Assembly: GCA_032718475.1 (NCBI GenBank) | Contig: JAUCBJ010005607.1 | Span: 1 to 64,000 of the forward strand | Length of the DNA: 64,000 nt | Source of the DNA: Nemertoderma westbladi | Lineage: Eukaryota > Animalia > Xenacoelomorpha | Reading direction: 5' to 3' | Part shown: positions 12,701-26,064 of the stretch, piece by piece | How the letters are laid out: each line of letters begins with the position of its first letter | How positions within the stretch are numbered: position 1 is the first letter of the stretch | Translations under genes and position numbers: made by a program | Notes under the pieces: generated by a model | Told to the model about the DNA's origin: nothing | The model's input: the letters and a program-made list of their open reading frames with translations, nothing else | Database searches by the model: none

Positions 12701-15700
12701 ATACAAGCGGATGAAATAGGCGGACACTGTCACTTCCTACCAATCCTGAGAACTTACCAGTCGGCTAATGTCTAATGAAATACAAGCGGATGAAATAGGC
12801 GGACACTGTCACTTCCTACCAATCCTAGAACTTACCAGTCGGCTAATGTCTAATGAGATACAAGCGGATGAAATAGGAGGACACTGTCACTTCCTACCAA
12901 TCCTGAGAACTTACCAGTCGGCTAATGTCTAATGAGATACAAGCGGATGAAATAGGCGGACACTGTCACTTCCTACCAATCCTAGAACTTACCAGTCGGC
13001 TAATGTCTAATGAGATACAAGCGGATGAAATAGGAGGACACTGTCACTTCCTACCAATCCTGAGAACTTACCAGTCGGCTAATGTCTAATGAGATACAAG
13101 CGGATGAAATAGGCGGACACTGTCACTTCCTACCAATCCTGAGAACTTACCAGTCGGATAATGTCTAATCAGATACAAGCAGATGAAATAGGCGGACACT
13201 GTCACTTCCTACCAATCCAATCCTGAGAACTTACCAGTCGGCTAATGTCTAATGAGATACAAGCGGATGAAATAGGCGGACACTGTCACTTCCTACCAAT
13301 CCTAGAACTTACCAGTCGGCTAATGTCTAATGAGATACAAGCGGATGAAATAGGCAGACACTGTCACTTCCTACCAATCCTGAGAACTTACCAGTCGGCT
13401 AATGTCTAATGAAATACAAGCGGATGAAATAGGCGGACACTGTCACTTCCTACCAATCCTAGAACTTACCAGTCGGCTAATGTCTAATGAGATACAAGCG
13501 GATGAAATAGGAGGACACTGTCACTTCCTACCAATCCTGAGAACTTACCAGTCGGCTAATGTCTAATGAGATACAAGCGGATGAAATAGGCGGACACTGT
13601 CACTTCCTACCAATCCTAGAACTTACCAGTCGGCTAATGTCTAATGAGATACAAGCGGATGAAATAGGAGGACACTGTCAATTCCTACCAATCCTGAGAA
13701 CTTACCAGTCGGCTAATGTCTAATGAGATACAAGCGGATGAAATAGGTGGACACTGTCACTTCCTACCAATCCTGAGAACTTACCAGTCGGCTAATGTCT
13801 AATCAGATACAAGCAGATGAAATAGGCGAACACTGTCACTTCCTACCAATCCAATCCTGAGAACTTACCAGTCGGCTAATGTCTAATGAGATACAAGCGG
13901 ATGAAATAGGCGGACACTGTCACTTCCTACCAATCCTAGAACTTACCAGTCGGCTAATGTCTAATGAGATACAAGCGGATGAAATAGGAGGACACTGTCA
14001 CTTCCTACCAATCCTGAGAACTTACCAGTCGGCTAATGTCTAATGAGATACAAGCGGATGAAATAGGCGGACACTGTCACTTCCTACCAATCCTAGAACT
14101 TACCAGTCGGCTAATGTCTAATGAGATACAAGCGGATGAAATAGGAGGACACTGTCACTTCCTACCAATCCTGAGAACTTACCAGTCGGCTAATGTCTAA
14201 TGAGATACAAGCGGATGAAATAGGCGGACACTGTCACTTCCTACCAATCCTAGAACTTACCAGTCGGCTAATGTCTAATGAGATACAAGTGGATGAAATA
14301 GGAGGACACTGTCACTTCCTACCAATCCTGAGAACTTACCAGTCGGCTAACGTCTAATGAGATACAAGCGGATGAAATACACGGACACTGTCACATCCTA
14401 CCAATCCTGAGAACTTACCAGTCGGCTAATGTCTAATGAGATACAAGCGGATGAAATAGGCGGACACTGTCACTTCCTACCAATCCTGAGAACTTACCAG
14501 TCGGCTAATGTCTAATGAGATACAAGCGGATGAAATAGGCGGACACTGTCACTTCCTACAAATCCTAGAACTTACCAGTCGGCTAATGTCTAATGAGATA
14601 CAAGCGGATGAAATAGGAGGACACTGTCACTTCCTACCAATCCTGAGAACTTACCAGTCGGCTAATGTCTAATGAGATACAAGCGGATGAAATAGGCGGA
14701 CACTGTCACTTCCTACCAATCCTAGAACTTACCAGTCGGCTAATGTCTAATGAGATACAAGCGGATGAAATAGGAGGACACTGTCACTTCCTACCAATCC
14801 TGAGAACTTACCAGTCGGCTAATGTCTAATGAGATACAAGCGGATGAAATAGGAGGACACTGTCACTTCCTACCAATCCTGAGAACTTACCAGTCGGCTA
14901 ATGTCTAATGAGATACAAGCGGATGAAATAGGCGGACACTGTCACTTCCTACCAATCCTGAGAACTTACCAGTCGGCTAATGTCTAATCAGATACAAGCG
15001 GATGAAATAGGCGGACACTGTCACTTCCTACCAATCCTAGAACTTACCAGTCGGCTAATGTCTAATGAGATACAAGCGGATGAAATAGGCGGACACTGTC
15101 ACTTCCTACCAATCCTGAGAACTTACCAGTCGGCTAATGTCTAATCAGATACAAGCGGATGAAATAGGCGGACACTGTCACTTCCTACCAATCCTAGAAC
15201 TTACCAGTCGGCTAATGTCTAATGAGATACAAGCGGATGAAATAGGCGGACACTGTCACTTCCTACCAATCCTGAGAACTTACCAGTCGGCTAATGTCTA
15301 ATCAGATACAAGTGGATGAAATAGGCGGACACTGTCACTTCCTACCAATCCTAGAACTTACCAGTCGGCTAATGTCTAATGAGATACAAGCGGATGAAAT
15401 AGGCGGACACTGTCACTTCCCACCAATCCTGAGAACTTACCAGTCGGCTAATGTCTAATGAGATACAAGCGGATGAAATAGGCGGACACTGTCACTTCCT
15501 ACCAATCCTGAGAACTTACCAGTCGGCTAATGTCTAATGAGATACAAGCGGATGAAATAGGCGGACACTGTCACTTCCTACCAATCCTAGAACTTACCAG
15601 TCGGCTAATGTCTAATGAGATACAAGCGGATGAAATAGGAGGACACTGTCACTCCCTACCAATCCTGAGAACTTACCAGTCGGCTAATGTCTAATCAGAT

Positions 15701-15874
15701 ACAAGCGGATGAAATAGGCGGACACTGTCACTTCCTACCAATCCTGAGAACTTACCAGTCGGCTAATGTCTAATGAGATACAAGCGGATGAAATAGGAGG
15801 ACACTGTCACTTCCTACCAATCCTGAGAACTTACCAGTCGGCTAACGTCTAATGAGATACAAACGGATGAAATA
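9792..15874. repeat. Satellite 1: 78/79-bp monomer, ~77 copies, with higher-order blocks
   Basis: Unit AATAGGCGGACACTGTCACTTCCTACCAATCCT(G)AGAACTTACCAGTCGGCTAATGTCTAATGAGATACAAGCGGATGA. Diagnostic variants (CCAATCCAATCC, GTCACGTCC) recur at roughly 1.2-kb spacing. Confidence 0.97.
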
Positions 15875-17185
15875 TAAATATTATAATAACCCAAAGTAGA
15901 CTGAGCAATATAAGTAAGTACGTAGTAAGCGCTGAGTAATAATTCAGCGCTAATATTTAATTTTATAAACAGAGAGACACAAGTCTACTAGCCACAACTT
16001 TACTGGAAACTATATTTCTCAAGTGATTTTTATAGGGCGCTATCTAAAATAGAAAGAACAACTATTTACCAGAATATAGGTCCAAAATGCAAACCAAAAC
16101 AACATAAATATTCTAGAAAATACTTTAATAAGGTGTTAGATAGAACTAATAAATAATAATGCCTAAACTAATGTAAATCTACTTACTGCTCTATAATAGG
16201 CCCATAGCCTGTGCTAGTCCAACCTAATTCAGTAATAAATCATGCCTAAAACTTCCCTAAAATTACCTTTGGTAACAACACAAAGGGGGACTCTGCGTTG
16301 CTACAGCGGGTCAGCTAATACAGCCACACAGACCCTACGTTACTATTTTGTACTCCTTTCCCATGTGTCCCCCTGTGTCAGCATAATTCCCCGCTACGCC
16401 GCACTTCCCTTTACTCGTATAATTCACTAATTAAACCCTCGACCGTTAATATCACCCATTCTAATGCAAGCTGCGGTTGCAGTGCCAATCATCCAAACCA
16501 TCTGACCGCACAAACAAACCGCACCAGTCGGTGCACGTAGGGTTAAGATGGTAGATAACACCATTAAACTATTTTGTGTTGTAACCGGATAACATTTTAA
16601 TGACAGTTAAAGAGGGAAAGTTGAATTGAACTAAAATACTGGTAGTTAAGTAGGAATACTTTGCCTATGGAAATAGGCCTTTCTGTATTAACTTTGATTT
16701 AATTTCAATATTTTATTTACTATTTTATTATACTGGTACTACAGTACTGACTACTTACTGTATTCAAAATTGTCAATTTCCTAACTAAATGAAAAATAGA
16801 CGAAAACCCACGGGCAGCAGTGCCATATCTCATCGCGGTCAACGCTGCACAAAGTAAAATGCAAAACGATACAGTAAGTCTGAGCTATATTAACAATGAT
16901 TACAGGATAGAACACAATAAAAAATGGAAATACTGTCAGGTATGAAAGCCATGTAGCGCATGCTGTCAGGTATGTAGCGCCATTGTTACTGATAGCATGT
17001 GAAAAGGATATTGTTGAAACTATCAAAATGAGTACAATAATTAAGAACTGGATTATAATTGGATTTAAAAAAACGTAGAATTCAATTCAAATCATTAAAA
17101 CGATAATTTGTTGAATACTGTATTAATCATACTATTGATTACGTAGCTATTCATACATTTAAAAAGGTTAATTATTAATTCAGTA

Positions 17186-17289
17186 TGCACACATCTCCAA
17201 CCAGACACTATATAACATTGGAGGTGTCTCATTGGTTCCCCCAAGCTTGACACTAGAACAAAGCCGCCTCCGCTTTGCATGACATTGCT
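17186..17289 (+). mobile_element. Short internal fragment of the RTE LINE family
   Basis: Near-identical to 44830-44935. Confidence 0.85.
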
Positions 17290-17699
17290 CTTGCTCAGGG
17301 TGGAGAAGTTGTTCTTTTATTCAATTATATTATAATTGAATAACTGCCTAAATAAACTACAATATACTAAATGCTACTAAATAACTATATAACTGCCTGT
17401 TTATGGACCTAGATGCAACCTTAACTACATTCTTGGCCGCTGTAGTCTGTTTGAGTCGGGACTCTTTCTGTGCCTTATAGAGGTCATTTCGGCACTTCCG
17501 AATTTTGTGGTCAGTCCAGGGGGCCTTTTTCCTGTTTCGAGGGTAAACACGAACTGTTTCTGCATCTGGTAACTTAACTGCTTCTGTGAAGGCAGTATAG
17601 CCTTAATTATCTCGAGAATTAATTAATGCGTAATCTTTCCTATTCCATGGCCGGTACACATATAACATACGACAAACATACATACAACATTGACAATTG

Positions 17700-19208
17700 T
17701 ATTATATAGAGTCAAATTGGTGTCCTCGATACGCAATGAGATGACCATATATGGACATCATACATTGAATCCCTCCAATTCCCTCAATAACTATAGGCCT
17801 ATTTGAGGACACATAATGAGTCGACTGAAAACTAGTGGAGTTCTATAATTTCGATTGTCGGTGTCGGTTGTTGGAGTTTTTTGACACTAATTTTTGGATG
17901 AAAATTCAAACATTCGTTAAACAGTGCCGATGAGAGTTTTTGCAAATTTTGACTACCCACAATGATCAGCAACTCTTTGGCTACCTATTATTAATTATTA
18001 TAGGTAGCTCTATTAGGAACCTATTATTAATCCAACCTTTGTAATATCCTAAATCCCAGACGCAGTTTTTTGGTTTGATTGAAGTTGAAATGATGTTTTA
18101 ACTTTTTGTTGTTAAATAATGAAATAAAGTTTTTATTTGTACATTAATCCTGGTTCTTTTATTTCTACTTTGTTAGTAATCAATGCGAGTATTCATATTG
18201 GCCTTCTCTAAACAACATCTCAGCTTTACGGGGACACAAAATTAAAATAATTTCGTTCACAACTTGTCAAAATATGGCTGGCATATTTATTCAACCGTAC
18301 ATTGCTTTTTATCACTTATTTCTCGAAAACTTTTTATGTGTTGCGAAATGGTTAAATTATGGTTCACCACAATAATCAGCAATTTTTGGGGTCCTGATTT
18401 TGATGAACAATATACGAGTTGCACCAGACATATCAAACTTGTATTTTTCGATTCTGGGTGCAAAATTCGGTGCCAACACGAAATTTTGAATACTTCAATT
18501 AAATGTGACAACAGATTTCTCTCATTTAACAGGTTTGCATTCTATGGAATAAATTAAAATCTAACGAGACATCTCAAACTTGTATTTTTCAGAAGTGGGT
18601 GCAAAATGTAGTGCTACATCGTTTTGAAATCCATCAAATATATTAATTGATTGTGTCATCTTGTTACTGGCGTTATATGGGTTTGTGACGGTTGTGAATT
18701 CAATGGAATAAGTAAAAATTACATAAGAGTTTTCAAACTTGTTTTTTCGGCGGTCGGGAAAATTTTATGTTCCAGCAACAGATTTTGAAAATAAGCAAAT
18801 TGATCAATCTATAGTATCATATGGTTTCTTGCGTTATCCGGGTTTATGGGGGTATTATATATATATATATATATATGGATTAAATATATAAAAATAAATA
18901 AATAAAAACGGCACTGGACATCAAATACTTGTATTTTTGAGAAGTGGGTTCGAAATTTTATGCTAGCACCGAAATTTGCTAAAATCGACATGCAATGATC
19001 TGGAGCTGGAATGTATTCCAAAAAAAACTAAGATTTTTTTTTCTTCGTTGAGATCCAGAATAGTAAAATCTACGTACAAACCAAAAATCAGACGTTTCCG
19101 TTAAAATTTATAAATTTTAGAGGGTGTCAATATGAACCGGAACACCACCCCCCCCCCCCCCCCCACCGCTATTTGTACATTGCATTTTGTAGCCCGGTAC
19201 TAATAGGG
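17700..19208. mobile_element. Possible non-autonomous piggyBac-like element (only the right end seen)
   Basis: Ends CCCGGTACTAATAGGG followed by TTAA (19209-19212). Imperfect palindrome GATGACCATATATGGACATC near 17740 and degenerate internal repeats (TCAAACTTGTATTTTT). Left TIR not found. Confidence 0.3.
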
Positions 19209-19321
19209 TTAATCCTAAAATGGACAGATTTTATCAAGATGTGAAATTTGTATTAACATTGCCATAATACTGTTTATTGTGTTTGATACCATATTTGAAA
19301 ATTAATATTATTATCATTTAG

Positions 19322-19455
19322 GGAAATCCATTCGTATCCAATAGACCCAGAAATCAATGGAGCAACGAGTTGTACTATAACTGTGGATGCCGTGTACATT
19401 AACAGTGCTGCAAACGTTGGGGCTGCCAGAATTATATTCTGGGGCCAACATCAAG
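19322..19455 (+). CDS. Host gene exon C (C-terminal strands of discoidin-like domain); its 3' end is the first monomer of satellite 2
   Basis: Acceptor ttatcatttag|, donor AAG|gtacgt, phase 2 to 1. Peptide (R)EIHSYPIDPEINGATSCTITVDAVYINSAANVGAARIIFWGQHQ. Frame-compatible with exon B and with exon D at 31686. Confidence 0.75.
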
Positions 19456-22400
19456 GTACGTATGGGTGCAGCGTAGATTAATAGTGCTGAAAACGTTGGC
19501 GCTTCCAGAATTATTTTCTGGGGCCAACATGAAGGTACGTATGGGTGCAGCGTAGATTAATAGTGCTACAAACGTTGTGGCTTCCAGAATTATATTCTGG
19601 GGCCAACATCAAGGTACGTATGGGTGCAGCGTAGATTAATAGTGCTGAAAACGTTGGCGCTTCCAGAATTATTTTCTGTGGCCAACATGAAGGTACGTAT
19701 GGGTGCAACGTAGATTAACAGTGCTACAAACGTTGTGGCTTCCAGAATTATATTCTGGGGCCAACATGAAGGTACGTATGGGTGCAGCGTAGATTAATAG
19801 TGCTACAAACGTTGTGGCTTCCAGAATTATATTCTGGGGCCAACATCAAGGTACGTATGGGTGCAGCGTAGATTAATAGTGCTACAAACGTTGTGGCTTC
19901 CAGAATTATATTCTGGGGCCAACATGAAGGTACGTATGGGTGTAGAGTAGATTAATAGTGCTGCAAACGTTGGGGCTTCCAGAATTATATTCTGGGACCA
20001 AAATGAAGGCACGTATGGGTGCAGCGCAAGTTAATAGTGCTGCAAACGTTGGTAATTCCAGAATTATATTCTGGGGCCAACATGCAGGTACGTATGGGTG
20101 CAGCGTAGATTAATAGTGCTACAAACGTTGTGGCTTCCAGAATTATATTCTGGGGCCAACATGAAGGTACGTATGGGTGTAGAGTAGATTAATAGTGCTG
20201 CAAACGTTGGGGCTTCCAGAATTATATTCTGGGACCAAAATGAAGGCACGTATGGGTGCAGCGCAAGTTAATAGTGCTGCAAACGTTGGGAATTCCAGAA
20301 TTATATTCTGGGGCCAACATGAAGGTACGTATGGGTGTAGAGTAGATTAATAGTGCTGCAAACGTTGGGGCTTCCAGAATTATATTCTGGGACCAAAATG
20401 AAGGCACGTATGGGTGCAGCGCAAGTTAATAGTGCTGCAAACGTTGGGAATTCCAGAATTATATTCTGGGGCCAACATGAAGGTACGTATGGGTGTAGAG
20501 TAGATTAATAGTGCTGCAAACGTTGGGGCTTCCAGAATTATATTCTGGGACCAAAATGAAGGCACGTATGGGTGCAGCGCAAGTTAATAGTGCTGCAAAC
20601 GTTGGGAATTCCAGAATTATATTCTGGGGCCAACATGAAGGTACGTATGGGTGTAGAGTAGATTAATAGTGCTGCAAACGTTGGGGCTTCCAGAATTATA
20701 TTCTGGGACCAAAATGAAGGCACGTATGGGTGCAGCGCAAGTTAATAGTGCTGCAAACATTGGGAATTCCAGAATTATATTCTGGGGCCAACATGAAGGT
20801 ACGTATGGGTGTAGAGTAGATTAATAGTGCTGCAAACGTTGGGGCTTCCAGAATTATATTCTGGGACCAAAATGAAGGCACGTATGGGTGCAGAGCAAGT
20901 TAATAGTGCTGCAAACGTTGGGAATTCCAGAATTATATTCTGGGGCCAACATGAAGGTACGTATGGGTGTAGAGTAGATTAATAGTGCTACAAACGTTGG
21001 GGCTTCCAGAATTATATTCTGGGGCCAACATGAAGGTACGTATGGGTGTAGAGTAGATTAATAGTGCTGCAAACGTTGGGGCTTCCAGAATTATATTCTG
21101 TGACCAAAATGAAGGCACGTATGGGTGCAGCGCAAGTTAATAGTGCTGCAAACGTTGGGAATTCCAGAATTATATTCTGGGGCCAACATGAAGGTACGTA
21201 TGGGTGCAGCGTAGATTAATAGTGCTGCAAACGTTGTGGCTTCCAGAATTATATTCTGGGGCCAACATGAAGGTACGTATGGGTGTAGAGTAGATTAATA
21301 GTGCTGCAAACGTTGGGGCTTCCAGAATTATATTCTGGGACCAAAATGAAGGCACGTATGGGTGCAGCGCAAGTTAATAGTACTGCAAACGTTGGGAATT
21401 CCAGAATAATATTCTGGGGCCAACATGAAGGTACGTATGGGTGCAGCGTAGGTTAATAGTGCTACAAACGTTGTGGCTTCCAGAATTATATTCTGGGGCC
21501 AACATGAAGGTACGTATGGGTGTAGAGTAGATTAATAGTGCTGCAAACGTTGGGGCTTCCAGAATTATATTCTGGGACCAAAATGAAGGCACGTATGGGT
21601 GCAGCGCAAGTTAATAGTGCTGCAAACGTTGGGAATTCCAGAATTATATTCTGGGGCCAACATGAAGGTACGTATGGGTGCAGCGTAGATTAATAGTGCT
21701 ACAAACGTTGTGGCTTCCAGAATTATATTCTGGGGCCAACATGAAGGTACGTATGGGTGTAGAGTAGATTAATAGTGCTGCAAACGTTGGGGCTTCCAGA
21801 ATTATATTTTGGGACCAAAATGAAGGCACGTATGGGTGCAGCGCAAGTTAATAGCGCTGCAAACGTTGGGAATTCCAGAATTATATTCTGGGGCCAACAT
21901 AAAGGTACGTATGGGTGCAGCGTAGGTTAATAGTGCTACAAACGTTGGGGCTTCCAGAATTATATTTTGGGGCCAACATGAAGGTACGTATGGGTGCAGC
22001 GTAGATTAATAGTGCTACAAACGTTGTGGCTTCCAGAATTATATTCTGGGGCCAACATAAAGGTACGTATGGGTGCAGCGTAGATTAATAGTGCTACAAA
22101 CGTTGTGGCTTCCAGAATTATATTTTGGGACCAAAATGAAGGCACGTATGGGTGCAGCGCAAGTTAATAGTGCTGCAAACGTTGGGAATTCCAGAATTAT
22201 ATTCTGGGGCCAACATGAAGGTACGTATGGGTGCAGCGTAGATTAATAGTGCTACAAACGTTGTGGCTTCCAGAATTATATTCTGGGGCCAACATAAAGG
22301 TACGTATGGGTGCAGCGTAGATTAACAGTGCTACAAACGTTGTGGCTTCCAAAATTATATTCTGGGGCCAACATAAAGGTACGTATGGGTGCAGCGTAGA

Positions 22401-23695
22401 TTAATAGTGCTGAAAACGTTGGCGCTTCCAGAATTATATTCTGGGGCCAACATAAAGGTACGTATGGGTGCAGCGTAGATTAATAGTGCTACAAACGTTG
22501 TGGCTTCCCGAATTATATTCTGGGGCCAACATAAAGGTACGTATGGGTGCAGCGTAGATTAATAGTGCTACAAACGTTGTGGCTTCCAGAATTATATTCT
22601 GGGGCCAACATAAATGTACGTATGGGTGCAGCGTAGATTAACAGTGCTACAAACGTTGTGGCTTCCAGAATTATATTTTGGGGCCAACATGAAGGTACGT
22701 ATGGGTGCAGCGTAGATTAATAGTGCTACAAACGTTGTGGCTTCCAGAATTATATTTTGGGGCCAACATGAAGGTACGTATGGGTGCAGCGTAGATTAAT
22801 AGTGCTACAAACGTTGTGGCTTCCAGAATTATATTTTGGGGCCAACATGAAGGTACGTATGGGTGCAGCGTAGATTAATAGTGCTACAAACGTTGTGGCT
22901 TCCAGAATTATATTTTGGGGCCAACATGAAGGTACGTATGGGTGCAGCGTAGATTAATAGTGCTGCAAACGTTGGGGATTCCTGAAATATATTCTAGGCC
23001 AACATCAAGGTACGTATGGGTGCAGCGTAGGTTAATAGTGCTACAAACGTTGGGGCTTCCAGAATTATATTCTGGGGCCAACATGAAGGTACGTATGGGT
23101 GCAGCGTAGGTTAATAGTGCTACAAACGTTGTGGCTTCCAGAATTATATTCTGGGGCCAACATGAAGGTACGTATGGGTGCAGCGTAGATTAATAGTGCT
23201 ACAAACGTTGTGGCTTCCAGAATTATATTCTAGGGCCAACATGAAGGTACGTATGGGTGCAGCGTAGATTAATAGTGCTGCAAACGTTGGGGATTCCTGA
23301 AATATATTCTAGGGCCAACATGAAGGTACGTATGGGTGTAGAGTAGATTAATAGTGCTGCAAACGTTGGGGCTTCCAGAATTATATTCTGGGACCAAAAT
23401 GAAGGCACGTATGGGTGCAGCGCAAGTTAATTGTGCTGCAAACGTTGGGAATTCCAGAATTATATTATGGGGCCAACATGAAGGTACGTATGGGTGCAGC
23501 GCAGGTTAATAGTGCTGCAAACGTTGGGGATTCTTGAATTATATTCTGGGGCCAACATGAATGTACGTATGGGTGGGTGCAGCGCAGGTTAATAGTGCTG
23601 CAAACGTTGGGGCTTCCAGAATTATATTATGGGGCCAACATGAAGGTGCGTATGGGTGCAGCGTAGATTAATAGCGCTGTAAAAGTTGGGGCTTC
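19398..23695. repeat. Satellite 2, main array: 79-bp monomer, ~54 copies, with 158-bp and 237-bp higher-order units
   Basis: Unit ATTAATAGTGCTACAAACGTTGTGGCTTCCAGAATTATATTCTGGGGCCAACATGAAGGTACGTATGGGTGCAGCGTAG. Identical spurious ORFs are spaced 158 bp (20222, 20380, 20538, 20696) and 237 bp apart. Internal hairpin CCAGAAT-TAT-ATTCTGG. Confidence 0.97.
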
Positions 23696-25211
23696 TGTGA
23701 CGGGAGCCAACGGAGTTGGCAGTATCGGCTCCCGACCGGTGTGTGAATTGTACGCGTCGCCGCGTCCGTGAGCTGCTGAGCTGTCGATTGGATGTGTACT
23801 AGTAGGCTGAAGGCCATTGGAAATAATCTGAGTTCTGTTATCAGTATTAATAATCACAGTAATCGATAATAGCACAGTCTGAATATAATAGCATGCAATA
23901 CAACGGTTAGTGACTTTTAATGCAAGTCAGTCTGCAAGTCAAGCGTAACAATGGCGTAGCATTAAAATATTTCTAGTGCGTCATTAAAGAGCGTAGCATT
24001 AAAATATTTATAGTGCGCTCTATCTAAGAAAACAAATAAGTTCGAATAATATAATAATGTAATAAATGAATAAATGAGTAAAGTTATTTAAAGTAAATAA
24101 ATAAATAACGTAATAAAGTAAATAAATAAATAAAGTTACATTATCTCATTCTACCATTCCATACCTATAATCCAATAAATAACTCAATATCATCCCGCTT
24201 CTAGTCACTTTCAGATTTATACTTTGACTGAAACACAATATAATGTCAACACAGTGACAGTGTTAATTGGTCAGCTCTTATTGGTTATCTAACCACACCA
24301 CCAATATCAAGGCTCATGAAATCAGCTTTCCTACATTGTAACCCATTATCATCTCATATCATCTCTTCATCACGAATGAGTATATAAGGCAGCACACAAT
24401 ATTCATTAGTTGGTAGTGCCAGTGATTTGTTGTTATGGGTTTATAGATTATTATATGTTAGTAGATTATTTAGTTAATATCGATTTAAGTATAATAAACT
24501 ATAATTTGATATATATAATATATATGGCCAAATATAATTAGGCCAATATATCATACTGTATAATAACGCTGCTTAATGTATCATACCAATGAGCGTTATT
24601 AAAACAAATAATACTTTAATATTGCAATATTTTACTAGACATAACTCTATATTCCGATCCACAATAAAGGGCACGAAGCATTACCCACAAATAAATTCCT
24701 TTAGGCACGGAATTTACTTAGATATGTTTTTACATATTCATATTTCACTAAAGTCAATATCTATTGACAAATGATAATGTTTTTGCCGGAACAGTGACGA
24801 CGGTCAAAACTGTTCCGGTCTCACAACTGTAAGGAACCAACTAAACTAATAATCAATAATCACAATGGTTATATCATTGACACATGTTAAACTACCCCTA
24901 AACTACAGGGTGGCCTTAATATCCAATAGATGCGCTCTAATCACCCCCAATGTGCTTTCCCGCCCACCATTGGCTTAACCTTAATTCTCACCTCGCCACT
25001 CCCTGTTGCCACTGTCCCTGTGTGCTAGCCTTACTAGCTTGTTTGTCCCTCTGAGGTGGTTTGACCTCTGAACGTGGCTTACGGCGTATATCACCCCAGT
25101 TGGTTATGAGGTGACATTATTATTGCTAATAATGCACCTTGCCAACCATATAGGTAAAATGCCACTAATCCCATTTTCGGTGGGTAATGTACGGAATTGA
25201 ATCCGCTTACA
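23696..25211 (-). repeat. 3' LTR (interrupted by an 878-bp insertion at 23915-24792)
   Basis: Matches 30203-30848 apart from the insertion, which is flanked by the 6-bp duplication AGTGAC (23909-23914 and 24793-24798). Confidence 0.9.
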
Positions 25212-26064
25212 CTCCCCCGATGCTATCTTCCCGGTGAGAAGATAGCTTCAACCTTAAGTGCGCTTCAATTCCTCTGGAATCCAATCTAATATTGGATGTG
25301 GGGTGGAAATTTCTTCTCAGGGTCGGCTTTCCAGTCCGGCCCCCATGGGTCTGTTGTCACTACCCATCCTTGGTACATCAGCGAGCTAAGCTATACTAAG
25401 GCATCTGGCATCTCTGTTTTAGATGATCGCCCTCACTCCTCACACAATTTTCCTCACGGACTTAATCGTCCCTTCCTCTCTCACTAGTCCCTTGGGACTC
25501 ATCCCTCTCTATGCTCGCTCCCCACACTTGAATCTCGCACCTCTTTCACTTCCTCATACTCTACCACCTCCTCCCCATACTTCCCCTCTTCCCCCATACT
25601 CAACCCGTTTTCGTTGTCACTCTCCACACTCTTATCGGGTCCCACGCATGTGTGCACCATGTCAGTGAGATCCGTCTAATGTCTCGTCCTCCTGCTCTAG
25701 TCAATTGGTCGCCGATCCCTGTAGCTAGTTGGAAAAGGTTATATTCGATTATAGTACATATATTGATTATATTGGATATTTATATTGATTAATTCTACGT
25801 ATGTACATACTAATTGCACTTAATTAATTAAACTTAGGAGTTTGTACTGCTGCATTCGTGTGGTGCCTTCCAGGCACGCTCACACCCCTGTCCCTGAGTT
25901 CTAGATTGCTCCTCCCGCACCCTCCGGGAGCCATCTAAGTTCCTTGCCCCTATCATCATCTTGCCAGGGCTGCTTCCTTCCTTCCTGTTTATCCTTGGGG
26001 CTACTCATCCTTGCCGATACCGTCTTACCAAGCCCCATTGTTGGTTCTTTGGGCGCAGGTGTAA

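Noticed and set aside
19511-23408. Series of near-identical 61-72 aa ORFs on the - strand
   Set aside because: Artefacts of the 79-bp satellite period; they run antisense to the exon that seeded the repeat.
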